In this document: in pieces, positions 16,972 to 26,157 of the stretch
Numbering within the stretch: the first letter of the stretch is position 1
Layout of the letters: every line of letters starts with the position of its first letter
DNA from: a virus
Length of the DNA: 64,000 nucleotides
Virus record (IMG/VR): IMGVR_UViG_3300002920_000061
Location: 8,496-72,495 of that record
Direction: 5' to 3' (one strand)
Notes under the pieces: model-generated
Database searches by the model: none
Seen by the model: only the letters and a program-made list of their open reading frames with translations
Told to the model about the DNA's origin: nothing
Translations under genes and position numbers: made by a program

Positions 16972-17895
16972 TTATTGGCCATCACCTTCGTCAATGTCGC
17001 TCATATTAACCCTAATCTGGGCCGAATTGGGGGCTATACTTTCAGTAGGCTCTTCTCTAACTCTTCGCTTTTCCTCAGGTTTTAGGTTGGACATTTTAGA
17101 ATTGATTTGGTTCTGATAGACATATTCTCTCTGTATGACGGCGTGTGAAGCCATTCTCTCTGGAGATCGAACATCGCCATTAGTTATGTTTGTAATTCTT
17201 ACCTCATTAGGTATTTGGACAACATACCAAAAGGCCTTATATAGATATCTAACAGAGTAGATTCTTCCTCTTTTAGTATCTGGGTCGATTCCGGGATTTT
17301 TTCCGCTAGGCAGCCACCTGATGTTTCCACAAGGAGTAATTATAAAATCTGCACCCTCTTGAAATGTTCTACCCTGACTATCCTCTATGTATTCCATCTT
17401 GCAAATAGGAAACATAGGACGGTTGTCCTGATCAGGTTCGTAATCCATTCTTTGGAAGTTTGGAACTAGAACATCAGCGTTAGGGTCTGCTATGTACACT
17501 CGGTCCCCGGGACTTAGGTAGATTCTACTTCCACCAGCAACCTCTTGACCTTTATCATAAAACCTAGGCATGATTAGCCTAGCTATAGACTCATCTAAAA
17601 AACCACCATCTGAAGACTTCTTTCTATCAGAATTACCCACCATGGTTGCTGTAAAACATCCAGCTTTTTTGTATATAAATCCGTTTGAACTAATTGTGTC
17701 TATACCATCAGATCGTCGATAGTCCCCTTTGTCTTTTAGACCAATAGGCGAAGGAAGTGCTTTGTAGTGTATAAATTGCACGCCAAGAGACGTGACAAAT
17801 TGATCCTGCTTTCGTAGGTCGAATGAGCTCTGAAAGAGATCGCCCTCTCTAGGGATCGTATCTAGTTGTTGGCCCTTTGGTGGACGTTTAGGCAT
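16972..17895 (-). CDS. Putative head-closure (stopper) neck protein
   Basis: Position in the neck cluster; pattern resembles Herelleviridae neck proteins; no exact motif. Confidence 0.45.
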   Translation of the reverse strand: MPKRPPKGQQLDTIPREGDLFQSSFDLRKQDQFVTSLGVQFIHYKALPSPIGLKDKGDYRRSDGIDTISSNGFIYKKAGCFTATMVGNSDRKKSSDGGFLDESIARLIMPRFYDKGQEVAGGSRIYLSPGDRVYIADPNADVLVPNFQRMDYEPDQDNRPMFPICKMEYIEDSQGRTFQEGADFIITPCGNIRWLPSGKNPGIDPDTKRGRIYSVRYLYKAFWYVVQIPNEVRITNITNGDVRSPERMASHAVIQREYVYQNQINSKMSNLKPEEKRRVREEPTESIAPNSAQIRVNMSDIDEGDGQ

Positions 17896-18277
17896 TTTTT
17901 ATAGCCTCCCCAGACTTAATGGCATCGCCTACAGCATGGATTTCCATAATAATATCACTGAGTTTCGACTCTAGATTAGCTTGGTTCTTTATTATCTCCT
18001 TGACTAACCACGCAAAAGCTGTGCGTTTGCTTATGGATTTTGCTTTTCTTGCCAATTTTGCACCAACTATAGTGTCTTGGTGGTTAACCTTTATAGTTAC
18101 AGGAGGAAGTATAATATAACTTGGGATGTCACAAACAGCAGAAAGAAAATTATTAGCTTTTTCAGGATTATCTATCCCTATTTCAACAGTCGAGGCATTG
18201 TCTAATTGAGAAATTAGATCCTCGTTTTCAGAGTATTCTCGCTCTTTCCCATCTAGGTACAATATTTTTACGCTCAT
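17888..18277 (-). CDS. Hypothetical protein
   Basis: Translationally coupled at both ends. Confidence 0.6.
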   Translation of the reverse strand: MSVKILYLDGKEREYSENEDLISQLDNASTVEIGIDNPEKANNFLSAVCDIPSYIILPPVTIKVNHQDTIVGAKLARKAKSISKRTAFAWLVKEIIKNQANLESKLSDIIMEIHAVGDAIKSGEAIKNA

Positions 18278-18834
18278 ATCTTTTTTAATACAGCTTTAGG
18301 ATTATATCGTTTGTTTTCGTGTACAATCCCTGTCTTATCCTCTTCTATAGCAACCATAGCAGCCGCAGCCGTTACAGCAGACATAGCTTGAGCGATATCT
18401 TTAGTGACCACCTTATCGCTCTTAAAAAGAACAAGGTCTGAATCAGTTATATAACCCGGGAAATTAATAACCTCAATCTGGGATTGAGTCAAAACAAAAT
18501 CAACTTCATTAGATTTTCTCAGTACATAAAGATCGTAGCCGCTTTTTCTCATATTGGCAGGTAGTAGATCCGACATACCTGTAACTATGCTTTCCTCACC
18601 AGCTTCGCTCTTCATCATAGCTGGTCTAAACTCAGCAAATGATTTCTCGATGTTATATTTTACTATGGCTGGATGAGAGCCAGCAGCAATCACTTCTTCT
18701 CTTTTCTTACCACGCAGACGTCCAACTGCAATATAAAGTCCACCTCTGGTCTTAACAAGTTTGACTTCGTCTCCGTATAGCTCTCCAATAGAGTCTACAG
18801 ATTCTATTTCGCTGGGTTTGATTTCTATTGACAT
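18274..18834 (-). CDS. Head-module protein rich in K-S motifs
   Basis: Start MSIEIKP at 18834; IEKS, MMKSE, MRKS, LRKS, LFKS. Confidence 0.6.
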   Translation of the reverse strand: MSIEIKPSEIESVDSIGELYGDEVKLVKTRGGLYIAVGRLRGKKREEVIAAGSHPAIVKYNIEKSFAEFRPAMMKSEAGEESIVTGMSDLLPANMRKSGYDLYVLRKSNEVDFVLTQSQIEVINFPGYITDSDLVLFKSDKVVTKDIAQAMSAVTAAAAMVAIEEDKTGIVHENKRYNPKAVLKKI

Positions 18835-18860
18835 ATTTAATACACCCCACATTATTTTTA

Positions 18861-21044
18861 TTAATAGTCATGATGGTATATTCCAACGATATTCCTCATG
18901 TCCTCATTTGGATGATTAGAGGCAATAAAACCATGATATCCACCTTGCTTAATAAGCTCATGCATCATGTCTATATCCAAAATACCGTTGTTCAACTCAC
19001 GTACCTGTTTTTCGTACCCCATAGGGTCATGACTAATATCATAGATTCTAGCTTCTTCAGGGATCTCTATTACGCATTTTGCACTAGCACCAGAAGCTGC
19101 TATATGTTCAGGCTCGGTTCCAGCAATGTAGTAAAAACTGTGTGGATGAGCAGTGCTCACTATATTCATGCTAGTTTGCTTGTTTTCTTCTTTTTCTTCT
19201 GGTTGTATTTCCAATTCTGCCTTATTCATTTGGCCAAATCTAGTTAAATGCTTAATTTTATCCATCTCACTAGCTGCAAGCTTTTTAGGGGCTAGCTGTT
19301 GGCTATAACGCTGTTGAGCACGTGCTTTTGCTTCCTCAACCTTACCACGCCCACGAAGATTAATTAATGAATCTGGGCTGTTATCTTTAAACCATCCAAC
19401 TGATGGATGGAACTTAAGCGAACCCTCACGGATTTGTTCGACACGCTCCCTTGTTTCAGGAGTCATTAATCTTGATTGTCGATCATAAAATACCTTTTTA
19501 CCTGTTGAATCTTTACCTTCAACAAAACGATAGCCTTCATAGTCAAGTGCCTTTTCATTCTGCTTTACAGGCTTTGTGGCTCTGTTAGCAGGAAGTCCAA
19601 GCTCTCTTCTAATTGGGTTTTCTACAGACATAGGCTGGATTTCCCCATATGTCTTTTTTTGTTGCATATGTCCATATTTCTTCTGAGACTCTCCCCAAAG
19701 CTCATCCATATGTTCTTGAAAGGCCGCAGGATTCATGCCTTCTGGAGCAAGATAAAGATGGGCAAGTTCATGGACAGCCGCATCTGGTGAGGGCTGGGTC
19801 TCAAGTCTTCCTGATCTCCAGTCAGGTTTAGGGTCTGTCCTTTTAATGCCTTTTTTCTTGTATTGCTCAAGAAGTTTTTTCTCTTTACGAACGCCTTCTG
19901 GTGAGAATATATTATAAGCTGGTTGGTTGTCTTTATCTTCTCTTAACTTTCCAGAATTGTCTCGCTTTCCTTCCGCTATTTCCATTGGCATACCAAACTT
20001 TTTTTGAGCGAAGTTTCTGATTTGTTGCATCATTTTTATTCGTTTATCTGACAAGCGAGGGGCATTTGCATCTGTGCCAAATATTTTTCTTCTTTGTTCC
20101 CTGACGTTTTTAGACTTATCTAAATCCTGTTGGGCCATTTTTTCAAGAGCCTCTTCAGCCTTAATCATAGCTCTGGCTGTAAAGTATTTGGCCATTGCTT
20201 CAGCCTCGTTTTTAGACATATTAGGATACTTACTTTGGATAAATTTCAAGAATTTCTCAAAGTTAGGAAGTTTTTTAATATCTTTTTCGATAGATTCTGG
20301 AACAAGGGCCGCCCCACCCATTTTGGCAGAAGGGGCCGTTAGACCAGAGTCTGCGGTAATAGTTTTTTTAACACCATTATAGCTGCTCATTGTAGAGCTA
20401 AGATTTTTATTAGGTTTTGCAACATTTTGAGCTGTTGGCAGTTTTAATTCCCTAACGTTTTCTTTTGACATTCCTACTCCTAGGTTTTCTGACTTTGTAA
20501 AATCTAAAATACTCTCTTTTTTCGAGAACTTAGCAGGGTCGTAAAGTTCGGCCACAGCAACTTTATTGCAGGCCGCAGTGGTGATTGTCACTTTTCTAGC
20601 TAGTGCTCTTGTAATTTCTTGACCTTCTTTGCTAAGTTTTGAACCTTCTATGGAAAAATTGACCACATTTAACCCTGACCGATTTTGTTGTCTGGCTATA
20701 TGGTCATATTTAAGCATGGCGGCAATTTCCTGAGCACCTTTGTGGCCTACACCATCAAATAGCTCGCCCATAACATATACATAAGGTGCTTGGGACTTAT
20801 GCCAAAAATAAAGCTCTTCGGGGGTTTCGCAGTCTTCTTCGCTGAAGATTTTTTTGGCTTTTAAAATTTTCCCCACAATTTGGTCAGGGACTTCGTTTTT
20901 ATGCTCATGATTAAATATTCCATCACGCTCAAGCGATGAGACATCTAAGCCTCTAATTGAAATCCTTTCTCCTGAACTATCTAGATGCTCAGAAGCGGCT
21001 ATTCCGTGAATTAATGTACCTATAGGCTTAAATTTAGGGTCCAT
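18861..21044 (-). CDS. Prohead protease with C-terminal cargo domains (HExxH zincin-like; possible ART-like)
   Basis: IHGIAASEHLDSSGE..FNHEH..FSIEG..ACN protease core (~1-175), then AVHELAHLYL and a final FYY..PE..IYD..DP..GYHG domain; late motif at 21098-21107. Confidence 0.8.
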   Translation of the reverse strand: MDPKFKPIGTLIHGIAASEHLDSSGERISIRGLDVSSLERDGIFNHEHKNEVPDQIVGKILKAKKIFSEEDCETPEELYFWHKSQAPYVYVMGELFDGVGHKGAQEIAAMLKYDHIARQQNRSGLNVVNFSIEGSKLSKEGQEITRALARKVTITTAACNKVAVAELYDPAKFSKKESILDFTKSENLGVGMSKENVRELKLPTAQNVAKPNKNLSSTMSSYNGVKKTITADSGLTAPSAKMGGAALVPESIEKDIKKLPNFEKFLKFIQSKYPNMSKNEAEAMAKYFTARAMIKAEEALEKMAQQDLDKSKNVREQRRKIFGTDANAPRLSDKRIKMMQQIRNFAQKKFGMPMEIAEGKRDNSGKLREDKDNQPAYNIFSPEGVRKEKKLLEQYKKKGIKRTDPKPDWRSGRLETQPSPDAAVHELAHLYLAPEGMNPAAFQEHMDELWGESQKKYGHMQQKKTYGEIQPMSVENPIRRELGLPANRATKPVKQNEKALDYEGYRFVEGKDSTGKKVFYDRQSRLMTPETRERVEQIREGSLKFHPSVGWFKDNSPDSLINLRGRGKVEEAKARAQQRYSQQLAPKKLAASEMDKIKHLTRFGQMNKAELEIQPEEKEENKQTSMNIVSTAHPHSFYYIAGTEPEHIAASGASAKCVIEIPEEARIYDISHDPMGYEKQVRELNNGILDIDMMHELIKQGGYHGFIASNHPNEDMRNIVGIYHHDY

Positions 21045-21134
21045 TGATTTTTTTCCTTAATGCTGCTAGATATTTTTTTAATGCATAATCCACCTCATTA
21101 AGATTACCGCAGAGCGTGTGGCGTAAAACTCTGC

Positions 21135-21163
21135 TTGTAAACTGTATATATCTATGATAATAA
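21135..21163 (+). promoter_or_regulatory. Sigma70-type promoter TTGTAA-17-TAATAA with extended -10 TG
   Basis: Same layout as 38551-38579. Confidence 0.65.
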
Positions 21164-21168
21164 AATTA

Positions 21169-21326
21169 ATAAGTTAGGCCAATATAAACGGCCCATACGA
21201 CGCATTTGGCCAAATTAAAACCTGTGGAGAGTAAGCTATGGCAGCCGAGGTTAAGCAGGTACGAAGTCCATGCCATTAGATATCCCCAGTGATGGGCAGA
21301 TGCATATCTATTACAGAGCATGGAAA
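21169..21326 (+). ncRNA. Structured RNA element, copy C (diverged)
   Basis: Shares AATAAGTTAGGC, AAACCTGTG(A/G)AGAG, AAGCAGG and CCCA-GTGA-TGGG with copy B; stems GGCCAA/UUGGCC, ACCUG/CAGGU, UCCAUGC/GCAUGGA. Confidence 0.5.
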
Positions 21327-21336
21327 GCAATCTTTA
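21327..21336 (+). promoter_or_regulatory. Late motif GCAATCTTTA
   Basis: Upstream of the AGGAG RBS of the plus-strand virion genes. Confidence 0.6.
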
Positions 21337-21358
21337 AGGTACACTTATAGGAGTATAT

Positions 21359-21745
21359 GTGAGACTAAGCGCCACCCCTCTAAAAAATTTTCAAAACATT
21401 AATTCCTTTCAAAAAGCAACTGAATGGACTATTAGGCTTGATGAGCCTAATACTCTTTATTTACAGCTAGTGGATTTGGAACAGGATGGTCTGAGATATA
21501 TACCTACTGGCGCATCTCCATCTGTCCAAGTCGTTTTTCCAGCAGTGAATCCAGATAATGTTATTACCAAAACAGCAACAGTAGTCTCTTCCTTGGATGG
21601 CTCTATTTGGAAGGTTGATCTTCTTAGTACCGATAAGCCTAGCTCAGGTAATGTTCAGGTGATTTTTACAGAAGGAGGGGTCACTAGACGTTTTGTTATC
21701 CTTCAAGGACTGGTCGTAGAGTTGTTTAATCAGGGTGGATGCTAA
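21359..21745 (+). CDS. Putative virion protein (Ig/BppU-like beta sandwich)
   Basis: GTG start; all-beta pattern. Confidence 0.5.
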   Translation: MRLSATPLKNFQNINSFQKATEWTIRLDEPNTLYLQLVDLEQDGLRYIPTGASPSVQVVFPAVNPDNVITKTATVVSSLDGSIWKVDLLSTDKPSSGNVQVIFTEGGVTRRFVILQGLVVELFNQGGC

Positions 21746-22575
21746 TGGCAGACTATACACAATCAAAACCCATTGCGACAAACGTATATCCAGTTCAAGC
21801 CAATGACACATCTGGTCTCCTTACTAGGGTAGAGCCACTTCTCACACCTGCTAAGTTAAAAAGTAGATACTTAAAAGGTATACTTGATAAGCTGCCACCG
21901 GGTGTTAGCTATTCAAATGAAGAGCTAAAAGATCAGATCAATCTTGCTATTAATGAAATCGAGATTGATTTAAAGGTCCCTGTTTTTGCTGAGCAGTTTA
22001 AAGAGCGCCTTCCCTTTCATTATAATGATTATAAATCCTATATCCATCTTAGAACAAACGCAGGCCCTATTATATCTATAGAGGACCTTTCTATTGTTTC
22101 GGCCAACATGGCAAATATTTTTAGGATACCAGCCGAATGGATTGATACTGCCAATTTTCATCAAAGACTTATCAATGTTGTGCCTCTTTTAGCTGCTTAT
22201 GGAGTAAACACTGTAAATGGCGCTGTTGGGAATGGCGGTATTGCATTTTTGACTGTTTTAGGAGGTTTACTGTGGGTTCCAGCATACTGGACCGTCACCT
22301 TTACGGCCGGTCTTTGTAAAGATGCTGGCCAAGTTCCTGTTGTGGTGAACAACCTTATTGGCATTTATGTGGCTTTGAATATACTTAGCAGTATTGCCCC
22401 TAACAATCAAAACACTTCTGTTAGCCTTAGCCAAGACGGTATTGGACAGTCTAGTAGCAACCCGGGCCCTGCATTATTTCAAATCAGACGCGCTGAGCTA
22501 GAAGAAAAAAGAAGAGATATTCTAAAACAATTACAACGTATATTTGGACAGAAAATGTTTGTAACAACGATTTAA
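21739..22575 (+). CDS. Head-tail adaptor protein
   Basis: LLTPAKLKSRYLKGI..LAINEIEIDL..PFHYNDYKSYIHLRTNAGPIISIE resembles phage K/SPO1-type adaptors. Confidence 0.65.
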   Translation: MLMADYTQSKPIATNVYPVQANDTSGLLTRVEPLLTPAKLKSRYLKGILDKLPPGVSYSNEELKDQINLAINEIEIDLKVPVFAEQFKERLPFHYNDYKSYIHLRTNAGPIISIEDLSIVSANMANIFRIPAEWIDTANFHQRLINVVPLLAAYGVNTVNGAVGNGGIAFLTVLGGLLWVPAYWTVTFTAGLCKDAGQVPVVVNNLIGIYVALNILSSIAPNNQNTSVSLSQDGIGQSSSNPGPALFQIRRAELEEKRRDILKQLQRIFGQKMFVTTI

Positions 22576-22609
22576 TAAGAGATTTGTAAGTTTGGGAGAT
22601 AAAAAGATT

Positions 22610-23941
22610 ATGAAACATTTAATTCGCCAGCCTCACATTATCTTCTCTGTTGAGAACTCTTCTTATCCAGATAAGGTAGAAATCCCATTATCTCATGATG
22701 ATGCCATTGAGTTTTTAAAACAATTTTTAGGCGGAACGATCCATTCGATAAATGGCCATTATGGTAAGCCTGAAAAGTGTATCCTGATTTCAGATCCTTC
22801 AGATGACCAAAAGGAAGCTGCACGTGCTCTGGCCCATATGACAGGTCAGGAGTCACATGTCGAATCTGATGGCTACACACATAAAATGATATATAATCAC
22901 GGCCCTGATGCTGGAAAGGTGGTTATGGGCCAAGGAACTAAATTTCACCAAACTAAACCTGAGGATTATTACTCTATTCTGCCAGATGGAACTATTTTTA
23001 CTCATAATTTTAATCATTATATGGGTTCGCCTTTTAAGAAAGCTCGTGTTGACGAAGGCAAAACCCCTGAGGAGAAGAGAGCTGCTCGTGAAGAGCGGCA
23101 AAGCTCTTGGGAAAGAGAAAACTACGGAATGAGATCAGGAGCATCTAAAGATCCTTTCATTGCTGGGTTTATGCACAGGGCAAAACTTTATCAGATTAAA
23201 AACTCTCCTAAGCCTAAGCTAACAAAAGCTAGTGAGAAGACAAGTTTAAATAATTTTCCTGCTGCGGTACAAAAACCGCAACACAATAACCCACCCCAAA
23301 CACCCACTCCTTCAGCTCCTAAGGTTAACATTAATCCAGTGCATGGTAGAATAATAGCCGATGCCTACCATGAAATGAAGCATGATCCTAATCATCCAGA
23401 AGTTAAAGCTGCTTATAACGCCTTGATAAATGAGACTAAGCAGCAGTTTAAGGATCTGCTTAATAAAGGGCTTAAAATATCCAAAATAAAAGACCCAAGT
23501 CATAACCCATACCCAACTTCTAAACATCTACATGCTGATGTGGATAAAGGGCATATGTGGCTGTTTCCAACAGAATTGGGATTTGGTAGCGAAGACGACA
23601 TTCCTAAAGATCATCCTATGCTACAACCCACAGAATTCATTCATGAGGGTAAGCCGCTTTTAGCTAATGATCTATTCAGAATAGTTCATGATAGTATTCA
23701 TCATAAGTTGAGGAACGGCTTCGGCCCTAAAGGAGAGCATGAAGCATATCTTGAGCATAAAAAAATGTATAGCCCATTAGCACAAAAAGCATTAGCCACA
23801 GAGACGATGGGCCAGAATTCTTATGTAAATTTTTCACGCCAAATAGGCCATCTAAATCAAGCAAAACCCGGCTCTGCTTATGCCCCACAAAAAGCTGGCC
23901 TACTTCCTGACCATATTATTAATGGAAAATGGCATGAATAA
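22610..23941 (+). CDS. Multidomain virion-module protein: SAM-lyase-like N-domain plus HDxxH metal-binding C-domain
   Basis: INGHYGKPEK..ARALA..GQES; NDLFRIVHDSIHH..GFGPKGE..ATETMGQNSYVNF; linkers FKKA and LTKA. Confidence 0.55.
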   Translation: MKHLIRQPHIIFSVENSSYPDKVEIPLSHDDAIEFLKQFLGGTIHSINGHYGKPEKCILISDPSDDQKEAARALAHMTGQESHVESDGYTHKMIYNHGPDAGKVVMGQGTKFHQTKPEDYYSILPDGTIFTHNFNHYMGSPFKKARVDEGKTPEEKRAAREERQSSWERENYGMRSGASKDPFIAGFMHRAKLYQIKNSPKPKLTKASEKTSLNNFPAAVQKPQHNNPPQTPTPSAPKVNINPVHGRIIADAYHEMKHDPNHPEVKAAYNALINETKQQFKDLLNKGLKISKIKDPSHNPYPTSKHLHADVDKGHMWLFPTELGFGSEDDIPKDHPMLQPTEFIHEGKPLLANDLFRIVHDSIHHKLRNGFGPKGEHEAYLEHKKMYSPLAQKALATETMGQNSYVNFSRQIGHLNQAKPGSAYAPQKAGLLPDHIINGKWHE

Positions 23942-23971
23942 ATAATAAACTTTAAAACAAAGGGTGGTAAA

Positions 23972-24154
23972 ATGTCTAGATTACATAGGTTTCATAGAAT
24001 GAATACGAAAGAGTATCAACAGGAATTGCATCAGATAATTAATGGGACTGAAAAATCTGATAAGATTCCTGCCCAACAAGAAAAAGTGGAAAATCATATC
24101 ATTAATAGTGATAAGTTCTTGAAACAGAAAGAAAAACAAATTATTAAAAAATAA
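23972..24154 (+). CDS. Small hypothetical protein
   Basis: GGGTGG RBS, 60 aa, contains TEKSD. Confidence 0.45.
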   Translation: MSRLHRFHRMNTKEYQQELHQIINGTEKSDKIPAQQEKVENHIINSDKFLKQKEKQIIKK

Positions 24155-24159
24155 ATATA

Positions 24160-24792
24160 TTAAACATCCAAATCTTTTTCATACTTCCCATCCCAGAAAG
24201 ATGGGTTCGGATTAGGCTGTGTAGAAGGTATAAAAAACCTCTTCTTTGACCTTGGGGCTTTTGTTTGTATATGAACCCAAGTTCCGCCCTTGTGATGCGT
24301 CCAGCAAGGGTGCTCAACATATAGGCCAAGCTCTTTAAGCTTGTGCCGATTAGCCCATACATATTTCCACGTGATTCCAGACTCATCGTCATCTAAATCT
24401 ATAGCAGCTCCTTTAAAGTGCCAACTAGTGGCTGATCCATTCTTAGGGTTGTCTTGAGGTCTTCGATATCCATCGTTGACTTTTTTTGGTAGCTGCTTTG
24501 GCCAAGCGTACCCTTCAAAAAACTTGTTGATCTTATCAACCAACTCCACTATGTTTTTTTGATGCTCTTCAGGCAAATCTTCGAACTTAGCTCTTCCCAT
24601 TAGGATCTCATCGATAGTGACCAATTTATTCACGTTAACCTCAGGTTGATTATGTTTTTCTTCTTCTTCTTTTGGGTGTTCTTTTATTTTATTGGATTCT
24701 GGCATTTTTTCGACAGCTGCAATAGCTTCTGAAGCTGCGGACTGGGAGTTCCCCAAAAACATTTTCATAATCTCAATTATGAACTTAATCAT
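24160..24792 (-). CDS. Peptidase M15-family cell-wall hydrolase (probable endolysin)
   Basis: DGYRRP..SWHFKGAAIDL..WVHIQ zinc-binding pattern. Confidence 0.8.
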   Translation of the reverse strand: MIKFIIEIMKMFLGNSQSAASEAIAAVEKMPESNKIKEHPKEEEEKHNQPEVNVNKLVTIDEILMGRAKFEDLPEEHQKNIVELVDKINKFFEGYAWPKQLPKKVNDGYRRPQDNPKNGSATSWHFKGAAIDLDDDESGITWKYVWANRHKLKELGLYVEHPCWTHHKGGTWVHIQTKAPRSKKRFFIPSTQPNPNPSFWDGKYEKDLDV

Positions 24793-25556
24793 CCCAGTCC
24801 CCTTTGAGCCTTATACTCGTCGTGTCCTTCTCCTATCCATGAAACACGGCCAGCTTTAAATCCAAAGCCGGGAGCAAGGAATGCAAGGCTACACCTACAG
24901 TGTGGATGTAGTCCCGAAATCTTAGGGTTTGATTGCCCCTTTTTATGATAATTAAATCCAATCTCACTTAGTTTCCAAACCCTAGGGGTGATTAGATCAT
25001 CCATTAAATGGAGTCTAATGCATTCACTGCACGTCTTGCCATCTTTTATTACAACATAATAGACATTAGGGTCTTGAACGCCTTGCGAAGTGGCTACTTT
25101 GCCGATCTGTAAAGCCTTGCCCATATTTCTGGCTTTAGTACTTTCGGCTTCAGCTATAGTTTTAAAATGATCTCTGGCCTTGTTTAAAGTTTCATTTATC
25201 AGATTTTTAATATCTGCTGTTGAAGGTGTTTGGTTTTTTAGGTTTTGCTCTTTCACATAGCTATCTATGTTCTCTGTGAGCTGAGCTTTTGTTTTCGCTC
25301 TAAGAGAAGAGATGTATTCCTCTGCTGTGGACAGTAGATTTTTAAGAGCCTCTTTCTCCTGTGGTAAAAGTCTTTCTGATCCTAGAGACTTAAGGAAAAG
25401 ATGAGACAATGTAAGGTCTGGCTTGCTTGTAAAAATTATAGATTTTTTATTCTTTAAAGAAGGAACTTCTCCAATAAGTTGGAGAGACATCCTGTCGAAT
25501 AATTCGTCTACAAGCTCATGTATTTTGTTTTTAGTGGACGAACTGATGCCACGCAT
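24789..25556 (-). CDS. MuF/SPP1 gp7-like head morphogenesis protein
   Basis: IAEAE..D.KTCSEC..GLHPHCRCSL; next to portal; no toxin extension. Confidence 0.85.
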   Translation of the reverse strand: MRGISSSTKNKIHELVDELFDRMSLQLIGEVPSLKNKKSIIFTSKPDLTLSHLFLKSLGSERLLPQEKEALKNLLSTAEEYISSLRAKTKAQLTENIDSYVKEQNLKNQTPSTADIKNLINETLNKARDHFKTIAEAESTKARNMGKALQIGKVATSQGVQDPNVYYVVIKDGKTCSECIRLHLMDDLITPRVWKLSEIGFNYHKKGQSNPKISGLHPHCRCSLAFLAPGFGFKAGRVSWIGEGHDEYKAQRGLG

Positions 25557-25565
25557 GGATACTTA

Positions 25566-26156
25566 TTACTCTTTCTTTATTAACGCCTCTGTACCGAGGA
25601 TAGAAGCGATGTCTCTTGCTGAGTTTTGAGCCTCTTGCTCCCATTTATTTAGGATATCGCTAACAATCTTCGACTGCATCGAAACTGCCTGCTTAGATTC
25701 TTCTGGTAAGTTTACTTTATAAGATAAAGATAATGGCTTGGGAGGCAAGTGAAGCTTTTTATTTGCTTCTTTTGTGGCCCTTTGTAATTTTTGATTCATT
25801 CGGCTATTCTTTAAAGCCTCTATAGATTTTTTCATATCCTCAAGTGAGGGTTCTGACTTGTTAACAAGACTTTCCAACTCAGCTATAGCTGCATCCATTT
25901 CACTACCAGTAGCTTCTGAAGCTTCCGTATCTTCAGAGCTAGCAGACTGGTCCGTTACAGGTACACCTGCCATCTGACCCTGCATCATAGCTAGTTGCTG
26001 AGCTTGTGTCTGTACTTTCTGTGCCATGTCCTGAATCTGTTGTTCGTTAGCACCTTGTTCGTAACCTGCACGGAAAGCTACATCAAGAGCTTCGATGAAG
26101 CGTGCTCTTAGGTCTAAGTACTTTCTTTTGTAATCAACTCCATCATTTCCTTGCAT
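25566..26156 (-). CDS. Hypothetical head-module coiled-coil protein
   Basis: Between portal and MuF; LVNKSE, MKKS. Confidence 0.6.
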   Translation of the reverse strand: MQGNDGVDYKRKYLDLRARFIEALDVAFRAGYEQGANEQQIQDMAQKVQTQAQQLAMMQGQMAGVPVTDQSASSEDTEASEATGSEMDAAIAELESLVNKSEPSLEDMKKSIEALKNSRMNQKLQRATKEANKKLHLPPKPLSLSYKVNLPEESKQAVSMQSKIVSDILNKWEQEAQNSARDIASILGTEALIKKE

Positions 26157-26157
26157 A

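Noticed and set aside
24789-25556. MuF-toxin fusion
   Set aside because: The ORF ends about 30 aa after HPHCRC; no room for a toxin domain.
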